Shown here: one piece after another, positions 1 to 9,294 of the stretch | Position numbering within the stretch: position 1 is the first letter of the stretch | Layout of the letters: the number at the start of each line of letters is the position of its first letter | Origin: an uncultured virus (IMG/VR IMGVR_UViG_3300022602_000035) | Lineage: Duplodnaviria; Heunggongvirae; Uroviricota; Caudoviricetes | IMG/VR virus record: IMGVR_UViG_3300022602_000035 | Direction: 5' to 3' (one strand) | Length of the DNA: 64,000 bases | The notes under the pieces: model-generated | Database searches by the model: none | The model's input: only the letters and a program-made list of their open reading frames with translations | What the model was told of the DNA's origin: nothing | Position numbers and translations under genes: made by a program

Positions 1-1
1 C

Positions 2-166
2 GCACGCGATGCCCGTAATGCCGCACAGACAGTAGAAAATCCGCCTGTTGACAATTCTGTACAATCATCACAAGATGCAATTAAAGCGGCATTAAGACAG
101 CGTCAATCACAGGGCCTTTCAGAGTACGCAGAATTTAAACGTAAAGTATATAAGTTAATCCGATGA
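2..166 (+). CDS. 3' end of a hypothetical protein (partial, runs in from the window edge)
   Basis: Open frame ARDARNAAQ...KVYKLIR* whose TGA overlaps the ATG of the next gene (ATGA at 163-166). Confidence 0.6.
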   Translation, partial: ARDARNAAQTVENPPVDNSVQSSQDAIKAALRQRQSQGLSEYAEFKRKVYKLIR

Positions 167-1404
167 AATTGTTTGAAATTAAAAAAGAAACACCTAAATG
201 GTTGCTAACAGAGTCAGCAAAGAATACTCACCTAGAACATTTAGAAGACCTAATCTTTAACAGTGGTTACGCAGGTGCCGTTGAGGCATTAAACTATGTA
301 GAAAGTCTACGCCTAATGTTAGCAGAAGGCACAGGCACAACTACTAAATTAACAGTTAAATGGGACGGTGCACCTGCAATTATCTGTGGAATTGATCCAG
401 CAGATAGTCGTTTCTTTGTAGGTACCAAATCAGTATTTGCCAAAGGTGAACCTAAACGCTGTAAGTCAAGTAAAGACATACAGAATTGGTACAGTGAACA
501 ACCTGAGTTGGCTAATAAATTAGAACAAGCACTAAAATACTTGCCTAAATTGGGCATTGGCGGTGTGGTACAAGGTGACTTAATGTTTACAGAGGGTGAT
601 ATTACCACTGTAGAAGTTAACAATGAACTTTGCTATGTGTTTACACCAAATACAATTACCTATGCTGTACCAGTTAACAGCGTACTAGGACAACGTATTG
701 CACGTGCTAAGATTGGTATTATATTTCACACAGCCTACGAAGGCGATAGTATCGAAACAATGACTGCTACGTTTGGTATAAATGTTGCAGGGTTCCACCA
801 AAATGCCGACGTATGGTTTGATGACGCTACCTACAAAGACTATACAGGTATTGCCAGTTTAACACCAAGTGAAAATCAGCACATACAAAAATTCCAAGCG
901 GCAACATTGGCAACTATGGAAAAGATTGGACAAGAACGTTTTGATATAATTTTAACTAATAAAGAGTTTGCTAAAAATATCAAACCGTTTATAAACAAAA
1001 TGATACGTCAGGGATCGCATGCGGAAGATCCTACACGTTTCCTTAAGCAATTTATGACTCATTATCAAGATGAGCTAATGAAAGGTATTGAGGAATTAAG
1101 TGGTGGCCCACAAGGACGTGCGGCACAAAACCGCTTGAACAAGATCAAAGAAAAAGAACAATGGATGGCAGATAATAGTAATAATCTATTAGGTGTATTG
1201 GCAGTATATAAACGTTTTATTGAAATGAAACATATTCTTCTACGTAAACTATCACAAGTAGAAGGTATTGGTACATTCCAAAAGACCAACGATGGATATA
1301 AAGTAACTGCTCCGGAAGGTTTTGTGGCAATTGGACACGACGGTGGTGCTATTAAATTAGTAGATCGTTTGGAGTTCTCTAGAACCAATTTTTTGTCTAG
1401 ATGA
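163..1404 (+). CDS. DUF6267-like phage protein (KxDG nucleotidyltransferase/ligase-like motif)
   Basis: NTHLEHLED, TVKWDGAPAI, QGDLMFT, FTPNTITY, PEGFV, KLVDRLEFS motifs typical of this T4-like phage family. Confidence 0.7.
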   Translation: MKLFEIKKETPKWLLTESAKNTHLEHLEDLIFNSGYAGAVEALNYVESLRLMLAEGTGTTTKLTVKWDGAPAIICGIDPADSRFFVGTKSVFAKGEPKRCKSSKDIQNWYSEQPELANKLEQALKYLPKLGIGGVVQGDLMFTEGDITTVEVNNELCYVFTPNTITYAVPVNSVLGQRIARAKIGIIFHTAYEGDSIETMTATFGINVAGFHQNADVWFDDATYKDYTGIASLTPSENQHIQKFQAATLATMEKIGQERFDIILTNKEFAKNIKPFINKMIRQGSHAEDPTRFLKQFMTHYQDELMKGIEELSGGPQGRAAQNRLNKIKEKEQWMADNSNNLLGVLAVYKRFIEMKHILLRKLSQVEGIGTFQKTNDGYKVTAPEGFVAIGHDGGAIKLVDRLEFSRTNFLSR

Positions 1405-1454
1405 TAAATAAATGTAAGCGTCGTAAAGACGTACAATAATTAGGAGATTTAAAA

Positions 1455-1790
1455 ATGACAATCGCACGTACAAATGGCTGGGCACGCCCAACCGACACAG
1501 GTAATGCACAAGTAACAGGCCGTACACTTACACATTACACAGTATCATTAGCTAACGTTCAAGTTGGTTACTCTGCTCCAGAAAGCAACTTTGAAAAACT
1601 AATCCGCGCTATTGAACAAGTTGGTTCAGTAGAATTGATTGGTACACCATCAGGTGGTTCTTTCCGTGTTGCTATCTCAGGTGCTGCACCTTCAGATACA
1701 ACTGGTGCATATAGCCTACAAGGTTACTGCAATACATCAGTAAACGGTTCAGGTGTTTCAGGTACAACTGTAGCACTATTCACATACTAA
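1455..1790 (+). CDS. hypothetical small protein, probably virion-associated
   Basis: Strong RBS (AGGAGA), TAAATA box at 1405, followed by a terminator; G/S/T-rich. Confidence 0.6.
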   Translation: MTIARTNGWARPTDTGNAQVTGRTLTHYTVSLANVQVGYSAPESNFEKLIRAIEQVGSVELIGTPSGGSFRVAISGAAPSDTTGAYSLQGYCNTSVNGSGVSGTTVALFTY

Positions 1791-1814
1791 TTAAAACTTA
1801 GTAAGCTGAATCTT

Positions 1815-1842
1815 AAAAAGCCCTTTTTATAAGGGCTTTTTT
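1815..1842 (+). terminator. rho-independent terminator
   Basis: AAAAAGCCCTT-loop-AAGGGCTTTTTT. Confidence 0.8.
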
Positions 1843-1861
1843 ATTGGCTATAAATATCATT

Positions 1862-2287
1862 GTGAATAATCAATTATATCTTTATCAAGGCTACACTCTA
1901 GTAGACATTACGCCAACAGGCGTAATAACTCACACCGACGAACAAGAATTAGAACGTAATCAACAACGTAATTGGGAAACGATTCAACAGATTATTAGTC
2001 TGCGCACACAACCCACTATAGTATCTACAGATAACTTTGTAGCTGATATTAAAGATTATAATTTTGGAATCAATTATACTAAACGACATAGAATATGGAC
2101 GTTTACATTTTCATCCGAATATCAAGACGTATATGCAGACGGGATAGATGTATTTGGTCTACTTAAATATGATTTTAAAATTACTCCTATAGTTGTTGGA
2201 TTACATGAAACTGCAGATTTCCCACAACCTATCTTTTATCCCAACGGCCCGAACAATAACATATACTTTAAAACTTTGGCAACTTAA
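1862..2287 (+). CDS. hypothetical protein (likely GTG start at 1862)
   Basis: In-frame GTG 5 nt after TATAAATA (1849-1856). Confidence 0.6.
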   Translation: MNNQLYLYQGYTLVDITPTGVITHTDEQELERNQQRNWETIQQIISLRTQPTIVSTDNFVADIKDYNFGINYTKRHRIWTFTFSSEYQDVYADGIDVFGLLKYDFKITPIVVGLHETADFPQPIFYPNGPNNNIYFKTLAT

Positions 2288-2382
2288 ATAAATATTAATT
2301 GATGCTATAACTCAACATCACGGCATATATTAAGGCACATTATTAAGGCACACAGCAAGCATCGCTTACTTGGAAAGCGGAT

Positions 2383-2667
2383 ATGTCAGCACCTACACAG
2401 ATTGAAAAAGAGAGCTTAGAAGCCCACGTTGAGTTATGTGCCATAAGGTACAATAACTTGGAAACTAAACTATCAAACTTAGAGCAACGTATGGACAAAC
2501 TTGAGCTACATTTGGTAGACATCAAGAACAGTCTGACGAACACGGCATTAAACGCAGAAAAAAATGTAATCGACGGCAACAAACAAACTATCAATATCTT
2601 TGTCACCATTGGTGGCGTTATCTTAGCAGGCTTAATTGGGTTTATCACACACGGCATTTTCAAATAA
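2383..2667 (+). CDS. coiled-coil protein with C-terminal TM helix (holin/XhlA-like topology)
   Basis: Heptad LETKLSNLEQRMDKLE followed by hydrophobic IFVTIGGVILAGLIGFI. Confidence 0.5.
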   Translation: MSAPTQIEKESLEAHVELCAIRYNNLETKLSNLEQRMDKLELHLVDIKNSLTNTALNAEKNVIDGNKQTINIFVTIGGVILAGLIGFITHGIFK

Positions 2668-2696
2668 CTAAATACTGTTACTATTAGGTTAACAGT

Positions 2697-2906
2697 ATGA
2701 AAATCATAGAATTAACAAATAACTTATTATTACCTATCACCAATGAAGAAAGTTCTTTATTAGAAAAATTCATTGGTGAGGAACTGATTGCAAAGTCTCA
2801 GTTAGATGAGCGCGAGCAATTATTAGCTAATCAATTAACAGTCAAAGACGTATTACTTCGAACAAATGAAGCCGGAAAAATCTACTACAAAAAAATCGTT
2901 AGCTGA
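2697..2906 (+). CDS. hypothetical protein
   Basis: ORF after TAAATA (2669). Confidence 0.6.
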   Translation: MKIIELTNNLLLPITNEESSLLEKFIGEELIAKSQLDEREQLLANQLTVKDVLLRTNEAGKIYYKKIVS

Positions 2907-3360
2907 ATTTGATGTTGAAAAAATTCGCAGATTTGCCACGGCTGAACTGGCTAAATTAAGTAATGGTCCGCTACCTTTTTGTTATCAACTTGGTGCAGAC
3001 ACGTTAATAGTGGGTAAGTATAAAGTAATCAAACAAAATGATAGATGTTGGACAGTATTTGAGGGAACAGATCAGATATTTGATTTTTTTACACGTAAAG
3101 ATGCTATATTTTACTGTATAGTGTTACACAAAGAAGATCATAAACTGGCAAAAGAAATACGAGATAACGATAAACTATTAGGGCAGTTAGAATTTGATGC
3201 TATATTATACAGACATCGCTATAAACAAGCTCAAGAAGCAAATGATGATTGGAAAATAGAGCTATATAGTAATAGATATACGGAAACTATGACACGTATT
3301 GAACAAACTAAGAAACAATTAAAGAAAAGTCTAGATTCGGCTAAATATATTAAAGTTTAG
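2866..3360 (+). CDS. hypothetical protein
   Basis: 164-aa ORF in a dense run. Confidence 0.6.
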   Translation: MKPEKSTTKKSLAEFDVEKIRRFATAELAKLSNGPLPFCYQLGADTLIVGKYKVIKQNDRCWTVFEGTDQIFDFFTRKDAIFYCIVLHKEDHKLAKEIRDNDKLLGQLEFDAILYRHRYKQAQEANDDWKIELYSNRYTETMTRIEQTKKQLKKSLDSAKYIKV

Positions 3361-3372
3361 GAACTTATAACC

Positions 3373-4062
3373 ATGAAATTATCTGAAATGTCTTTGACAT
3401 CTCCAAAAAAAATTAACAAGTTTATGGAAAGCCGTTTCGGTTTTGCTATTAACTTTGATACATTATCTGTTGCTAAAGCAGAGCGTTTAAGCGAAACTAT
3501 CAACGCTAATCTAAACAAGATTCGTCATAGTTCAGCTTTTCATACAGCAGAACAAAATCCACGTTATATGGAATTGCTAACTGTTCGCGAATCATTAGCT
3601 CAGTGGATTGATGCACAACGTCATCAACTAAACGAAGGTGAAGTTAGCAATGCCGAAGTATTGTTGGCTGCTAAAGATATGGTTGACAGCGTACAGGATA
3701 CAATTGAGAAAGTTGGTAAAATGCAAAATGAACAACTTCCACAATTACTTGACAGCATCCGTGACCAAATCGGTTCAGAACAAGCTGATGCATTTAAAAA
3801 TGCTGTAGGTGAAACATTAAATCAATTAATGCAAAATCTACAAACAGCACGCGAAGGTGTTGACAACGGCGTTCGTGTATTAAGCGGCGAACAAGTTGAC
3901 AATCCAATGTCAATGGGTGGTGATTTACCTCCTCCAGAAGGCATGCCAGGTGGTGATTTACCTCCTCCATCAAGCGATTTTGATTCTGAAGAGTCGGATG
4001 GCTTTGCGGCTACTGATGCTGCTGTTGGTGGTCCAGAAACATTGGGTAGAGAAAAACGCTAA
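3373..4062 (+). CDS. hypothetical protein, helical with acidic Pro-rich tail (possible head core/scaffold-type)
   Basis: Helical composition, LNEG motif, duplicated GGDLPPP. Confidence 0.55.
   Translation: MKLSEMSLTSPKKINKFMESRFGFAINFDTLSVAKAERLSETINANLNKIRHSSAFHTAEQNPRYMELLTVRESLAQWIDAQRHQLNEGEVSNAEVLLAAKDMVDSVQDTIEKVGKMQNEQLPQLLDSIRDQIGSEQADAFKNAVGETLNQLMQNLQTAREGVDNGVRVLSGEQVDNPMSMGGDLPPPEGMPGGDLPPPSSDFDSEESDGFAATDAAVGGPETLGREKR
3916..3969 (+). repeat. 21-bp perfect direct repeat inside CDS (GGDLPPP x2)
   Basis: GGTGGTGATTTACCTCCTCCA at 3916-3936 and 3949-3969. Confidence 0.85.
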
Positions 4063-4469
4063 TGCGTTTATACGAATTTGAAGATGGACAACATGGTCCA
4101 AATAATGTTCCAGAAGCCAATTTAGTAACGGCTCTGGAACTTATTCGTAACCGTTACAAAGATGTTCCAACTCCAGCAAAGATCCGCACACAGTCGTTAA
4201 TTAACATGATCACTAACACTGATCGTACATTTAATTACGATGCACTTGTAGCGGCTAATGAAGAAAATCCTGCAGTAAAAAATCTAATCAAAAGTTTTAA
4301 CCGTGACTCAGTGGAACTACAACCATGGGGTGACGAGTTAGAAACTGACGAAGAAACAACTAATCCACCAGAATCTGTGCCAGGCGGTAATGTTATGCAA
4401 CAACCAGTTATATCGGTTGATGACATGGCTAAGCGTGCGGCTAAGAATCGTGGTGCACCAATGGCATAA
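4062..4469 (+). CDS. hypothetical protein
   Basis: TAATG coupling to the upstream gene; MRLYEF N-terminus. Confidence 0.6.
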   Translation: MRLYEFEDGQHGPNNVPEANLVTALELIRNRYKDVPTPAKIRTQSLINMITNTDRTFNYDALVAANEENPAVKNLIKSFNRDSVELQPWGDELETDEETTNPPESVPGGNVMQQPVISVDDMAKRAAKNRGAPMA

Positions 4470-4510
4470 AAGATTTGACTTAGCATCCTAATTAGCTATA
4501 TACTAATAAT

Positions 4511-5209
4511 ATGCTAATTAAACGATACGACTACACCCCCATAAACAGAGAAACAGTAGACGGCAAACGCCACTATTGCTTACCAGACGGTAGTAAAGTT
4601 CCAAGCGTTACTACTATTCTAGACCGTACTAAACCCCAAGAAAAACGTGAAGCACTTAACAATTGGCGTAAGTCAGTTGGCGAAAAGAAAGCACAGGAAA
4701 TTACCACAGAAGCCGCTGGTCGTGGCACACGTATGCACAAGTTCCTAGAGGATTATGTACAGAACAATCGCACGTTAAATGATCCAGGAACCAATCCCTA
4801 CAGTCAACAGGCACATCGCATGGCCAAGGCTGTTATTAATGAAGGTCTAGTACATGTTGACGAAATTTGGGGTATTGAGGTTCCTTTATATGTTAGCGGG
4901 CTCTATGCTGGTACTACTGATGCCTGCGGAGTTTACAAGTCAAAACCTGCTATTTTAGACTACAAACAGACCAATAAACCTAAGAAAACTGAGTGGATTG
5001 AAGACTATTTTCTACAGTTAGTAGCATATGGTCTAGCACATAACGAAACCCACGGAACTGATATACAACAAGGTGTTATTCTAATGGCAGTAGCACCTAA
5101 GCCTAATGAGGATGTACAGTATCAAACCTGGACTGTAGAAGGGTCTGATTGGGAACATTGGACTAATAAGTGGTTAGAAAGAGTTGAACAGTATTACAAA
5201 CTCAACTAA
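4511..5209 (+). CDS. PD-(D/E)XK exonuclease (Cas4/MGME1-like phage exonuclease)
   Basis: PSVTTIL, RGTRMH, E-VPL, YAGTTD, ILDYKQ, YFLQLVAY motifs. Confidence 0.8.
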   Translation: MLIKRYDYTPINRETVDGKRHYCLPDGSKVPSVTTILDRTKPQEKREALNNWRKSVGEKKAQEITTEAAGRGTRMHKFLEDYVQNNRTLNDPGTNPYSQQAHRMAKAVINEGLVHVDEIWGIEVPLYVSGLYAGTTDACGVYKSKPAILDYKQTNKPKKTEWIEDYFLQLVAYGLAHNETHGTDIQQGVILMAVAPKPNEDVQYQTWTVEGSDWEHWTNKWLERVEQYYKLN

Positions 5210-5237
5210 ATATAAGATATAGATTAAGGTTGAGAAC

Positions 5238-5825
5238 ATGGCTGTAATTCAAATTTCCAGAATACAAGTACGCAGAGGTCTAAGCGAAAATTTACCCGCA
5301 CTTGCCAGTGGCGAGTTAGGATGGTCAATTGACACACGTCAATTATTCATCGGTAATGGCACAGCCGACGAAGGCGCCGCAGTACCAGGTAATACTGAGA
5401 TCCTTACAATTTACAGTAATGGAGCCGACCTATCTGCAATAAAAACAAACGTAACAATTCTACTAAGTAATGTTTCTACCCTACAGGCTAATGTAGCAAC
5501 ACTGCAATCACAGGTTGGATTCTTCACTACAACCTTAGCTGATAATACATCAACTCTTACTAATACTGCAATTATAATTAATTCGTTGGGTACACAAACG
5601 ATTGATTATAATATTGTTCGTGGTACTACAGCTCGTGTTGGTACACTTCGTGTAACTCAATACAACGGTGGTAATGTTGCGTATCAAGATGACTATTCAG
5701 AAACAGCTAATACAGGTGTTATCTTAGGTGTATCAACTTTTGGTAATATAGCAAAAGTAACCTATGTAACTACCAGCACAGGTAGCAGTGCTAACGTAAC
5801 CTACTACGTAAAACAATACTCATAA
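5238..5825 (+). CDS. virion structural protein with fibre-type (Mtd-N-like) N-terminal domain
   Basis: IQVRRG...LASGELGWSIDTRQLFIGNG motif. Confidence 0.6.
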   Translation: MAVIQISRIQVRRGLSENLPALASGELGWSIDTRQLFIGNGTADEGAAVPGNTEILTIYSNGADLSAIKTNVTILLSNVSTLQANVATLQSQVGFFTTTLADNTSTLTNTAIIINSLGTQTIDYNIVRGTTARVGTLRVTQYNGGNVAYQDDYSETANTGVILGVSTFGNIAKVTYVTTSTGSSANVTYYVKQYS

Positions 5826-5826
5826 T

Positions 5827-6288
5827 ATGTGGTCAAACTTTTGGATGCTTAGGGTTAATGAAAGATTAATCCAATGGAAGGATTTTCGTCATAAAATCAG
5901 CGATCTTCCTTTGGCTAAAGCAGTAGCCGAAGTTAATAGTATGTGGAGCACTGCTCCATTTGTTACCTATTATCTACCACCTGATCAACCAGACATGTGG
6001 CCGGATCCTTGGGAGTTGTTAGCCGAAAACTACTATTGTGATGTTGCTAAAGCTCTAGGAATCCTGTACACTATATACTTTAGTAGTCATAAAAATGTAG
6101 ACTTAGAGCTACGTATCTACTACGACTATCAAACAAAAACACGTTCCAACGTAGCATGGATTGACGGTGGGAAATATATTCTTAATTACTGGCCGCACGA
6201 GATAGTAAATACAGAACTAATAGAAGAAAAGCAATTACAATTACTGTACAGTTACACAAGCAAAGAGCTACAGTTAGACAAATATTAA
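5827..6288 (+). CDS. hypothetical protein (possibly transglutaminase/cysteine-peptidase-like)
   Basis: WPDPWELL...YCDVAKALG resembles the transglutaminase-like Cys motif. Confidence 0.45.
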   Translation: MWSNFWMLRVNERLIQWKDFRHKISDLPLAKAVAEVNSMWSTAPFVTYYLPPDQPDMWPDPWELLAENYYCDVAKALGILYTIYFSSHKNVDLELRIYYDYQTKTRSNVAWIDGGKYILNYWPHEIVNTELIEEKQLQLLYSYTSKELQLDKY

Positions 6289-6303
6289 AAAGAGGTTATT
6301 CAA

Positions 6304-8619
6304 GTGAGTATTATTCAAGTCACAAAACGCAGTGGAGCACGAGTGCCTTTGGCAGTTGACAAATGGCAAGCGCAGGTTACTAAAGTATGTGCTGGTATTG
6401 CTGACGTTAGTCAGTCAATGATCGAAATTAAAGCACAGCCGCACTTTTACGATGGCATCAGTACACGAGAGATTGATGAAATTACTCTGCGAGCGATTGT
6501 TGACCTAATCGACGTAGAATCAAACCCAGATGTAGGACATGTAAATTATCAATACGTAGCAGGTAAACAACGTTTATCGATGTTACGTAAAGATGTCTAC
6601 GGCGACTACAACCCACCACATTTATATGAAATTGTCAAGACCAATGTAGCCACAGGTCTATACACAAACGAATTACTTGATTGGTACACTGAAGAAGAGT
6701 GGAACAAGATGAATGACATGCTTGACCACGAAAAAGACGAAGAATACAGTTATGCTGCGATTGAACAGTTAATCGAGAAATACCTTGTACGTAACCGCAG
6801 TACTAAACAAATTTATGAAACACCACAAGTGCGTTATATGATCGCTGCCGCAACAGTAATGCACAAAGAAACAGAGGGCAGATTAAAATATATCAAGGAA
6901 TATTATAATGCGGCTTCTGATGGTCTTTTCACTCTTGCTACTCCTGTGCTTGCTGGACTTGGCACTCCAACTAAACAATTCAGTTCTTGTGTGCTTATTC
7001 GTAGTGATGACGATTTGGATAGCATCTTCGCTTCTGGAGAAATGATGGCCAAATACGCAAGTAAGCGTGCTGGTATTGGTTTAGAAATAGGTCGTTTGCG
7101 CCCCTTGGGGAGTCCTATACGAGGCGGGGAGATCATGCACACGGGTATGATTCCTTTCCTTAAGAAGTGGTTTGGTGATTTACGTTCATGCAGTCAAGGC
7201 GGCATTCGTAACGCATCAGCTACTGTGTTTTACCCTATCTGGCATCATCAGTTTGATGATTTAATTGTGTTGAAAAACAATCAAGGAACAGAAGAAACCC
7301 GTGTTCGTCATATGGACTATGGCGTAGTATTATCTAGCTTCTTCTGGCGCAGATTTAAGAACAAAGAGCAGATTACATTCTTTGATCCTAACGAAGTACC
7401 TGACTTATACGAAGCGTTCTATAGCAATACAGAACTATTTGAAGAGTTATATGTTAAGTATGAAAAACGTAAAGACCTGCGCAAGAAACAAATGGCCGCA
7501 GAAGAAGTATTCAAAGGTGGCATCTTAAAGGAGAGAACTGATACTGGACGTATCTATCTTGTGTTTATTGACAATGTCATGAATCAAGGCCCATTTGATC
7601 CAGAATACCACACAATTTATCAGTCAAATTTATGCTGTGAAATTCTATTACCTACTAAGCCGTTTAAGCGTCTTGATGATGATGCTGGCCGTATTGCTTT
7701 ATGCACTTTGGGGAGTATTAACTGGGGTGCGTTCCGTAACCCTGAGGACATGCGCCGTGCTTGTCGTGTTCTTCAGCGCAGTTTGTGTAACATACTTGAC
7801 TATCAAGACTTCTTGAGCATACAAAGTAAATTAAGCAACGATGAGATACAACCTTTGGGTATTGGTATTACAAACTTAGCCTACTGGCACGCAAAACGTA
7901 GCTTTAAGTATGGCGAAAAGGATGCCCTACAAGAAGTTAAATCTTGGATGGAGCATCAGGCATTTTATCTAACAGAAGCCACAGTTGAGTTAGCTAAAGA
8001 ACGCGGTGCTTGTAAAGATTCAGCTAAAACACGTTATGGCCAAGGTACGTTTCCTTGGGAATTACGTGCTCGAGGCGCTAACGAATTAGCAGACTTTACA
8101 CCAGAATTAGATTGGGAAACTCTACGTACTGATATGAAACAATATGGTGTGCGTAATGCTACTTTAATGGCAGTGGCACCAGTTGAAAGTTCTAGTGTTG
8201 TTATTAACTCAACTAATGGTATCGAAATGCCAATGAGTCTAATTAGTGTTAAGGAAAGTAAAGCAGGCTCGTTTATTCAAGTTGTTCCAGAATACCATAA
8301 ATTGAAAAACAAATATCAATTGATGTGGGAACAAACTGACTGCGCGGCCTACTTGAAAACTGCGGCTGTTATTGCGGCCTACGTGGATCAAAGTATTAGT
8401 ACTAATACATTCTATTCGCCAGCACATTTTCCGGATAGAAAAGTGCCCTCAACATTGATTGCTAAGAATTTGATGCAAGCGCATATATGGGGCCTAAAAA
8501 CTTTTTATTATAGTTTAATTAATAAACAGGGTAGTAAACAGGTAGCAGAAGAAGCACCAACTATGTTAGAAGCTATCAATTACGATGACGAAGAAGGATG
8601 TGAAAGCTGCAAATTATAG
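6304..8619 (+). CDS. nrdA: ribonucleoside-diphosphate reductase class Ia alpha subunit
   Basis: N-terminal ATP-cone (VTKRSG), TKQFSSCV, SNLCCEI, LKTFYY, C-terminal CESC. Confidence 0.97.
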   Translation: MSIIQVTKRSGARVPLAVDKWQAQVTKVCAGIADVSQSMIEIKAQPHFYDGISTREIDEITLRAIVDLIDVESNPDVGHVNYQYVAGKQRLSMLRKDVYGDYNPPHLYEIVKTNVATGLYTNELLDWYTEEEWNKMNDMLDHEKDEEYSYAAIEQLIEKYLVRNRSTKQIYETPQVRYMIAAATVMHKETEGRLKYIKEYYNAASDGLFTLATPVLAGLGTPTKQFSSCVLIRSDDDLDSIFASGEMMAKYASKRAGIGLEIGRLRPLGSPIRGGEIMHTGMIPFLKKWFGDLRSCSQGGIRNASATVFYPIWHHQFDDLIVLKNNQGTEETRVRHMDYGVVLSSFFWRRFKNKEQITFFDPNEVPDLYEAFYSNTELFEELYVKYEKRKDLRKKQMAAEEVFKGGILKERTDTGRIYLVFIDNVMNQGPFDPEYHTIYQSNLCCEILLPTKPFKRLDDDAGRIALCTLGSINWGAFRNPEDMRRACRVLQRSLCNILDYQDFLSIQSKLSNDEIQPLGIGITNLAYWHAKRSFKYGEKDALQEVKSWMEHQAFYLTEATVELAKERGACKDSAKTRYGQGTFPWELRARGANELADFTPELDWETLRTDMKQYGVRNATLMAVAPVESSSVVINSTNGIEMPMSLISVKESKAGSFIQVVPEYHKLKNKYQLMWEQTDCAAYLKTAAVIAAYVDQSISTNTFYSPAHFPDRKVPSTLIAKNLMQAHIWGLKTFYYSLINKQGSKQVAEEAPTMLEAINYDDEEGCESCKL

Positions 8620-8620
8620 T

Positions 8621-8735
8621 GTCGAGCCCCAATTTACCGTTGAGCCACATTGGCTGTGCTATAAGAAGAAATAGGGAAAATTCTTTGCTTGCGGATCCTT
8701 GGGTACCCTATTGATCGCTCGACTGAATATTTATA
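8621..8735 (-). ncRNA. candidate structured ncRNA between nrdA and sod
   Basis: Terminal stem GTCGAGC(8621-27)/GCTCGAC(8717-23), inner AGCCA/TGGCT and ATAGGG/CCCTAT stems, minus-strand TATAAATA at 8735-8728. Confidence 0.4.
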
Positions 8736-8745
8736 AGAGAAAATT

Positions 8746-9294
8746 ATGTATAATTTTATTAAGTACGTTACACTACAAGAAAGCAAAGAGCCTAAAACTC
8801 TTACGCAAACACCTTTGCCATACGCTCGCAATGCTCTAGGACGTAGTCTAAGCAAGGGCTCACTAGACTATCACTACGGTCAACTATACAAAGGCTATGT
8901 TGATCGTTACAACAAAGGTGAAGGCGACAGTGACTTTAACGAAGCAGGTGCATTTTTACATGATATTTACTTTACTCAATTTCAAGCACCTAAAGGCAGT
9001 AATCAACCTACAGCCAAAGTTAAAGAATTTATTGAAGAACACTTTAAATCTTTTGATAAATTTAAAGAAGAGTTTAGTAAAGAAGCAATGAGTATCCAAG
9101 GTAGTGGATGGGTTTATTTGTCATATCGCGGTGAAATTAAAACAATTAAAAATCACGAAATACGTAAAGGCATTGTGTTGTTAATTGACTGGTGGGAACA
9201 TGCTTGGGCACTTGATTATAAAGCAGACAAAGCCGGATATCTAGACAATCAATGGAAAATTATTAACTGGGACGAAATAGAAAAAAGACTATGA
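8746..9294 (+). CDS. Fe/Mn superoxide dismutase
   Basis: LPYARNAL, YHYG, AFLH, GSGW, DWWEHAW motifs. Confidence 0.9.
   Translation: MYNFIKYVTLQESKEPKTLTQTPLPYARNALGRSLSKGSLDYHYGQLYKGYVDRYNKGEGDSDFNEAGAFLHDIYFTQFQAPKGSNQPTAKVKEFIEEHFKSFDKFKEEFSKEAMSIQGSGWVYLSYRGEIKTIKNHEIRKGIVLLIDWWEHAWALDYKADKAGYLDNQWKIINWDEIEKRL

Noticed and set aside
4511..5209. Cas4 / CRISPR-Cas locus
   Set aside because: No Fe-S cysteine set, no other cas genes, and no repeat-spacer array seen in the window
8634..8855. 73-aa minus-strand ORF across the nrdA-sod gap
   Set aside because: Antisense to sod, no RBS, atypical composition; the gap is better explained by base-paired structure
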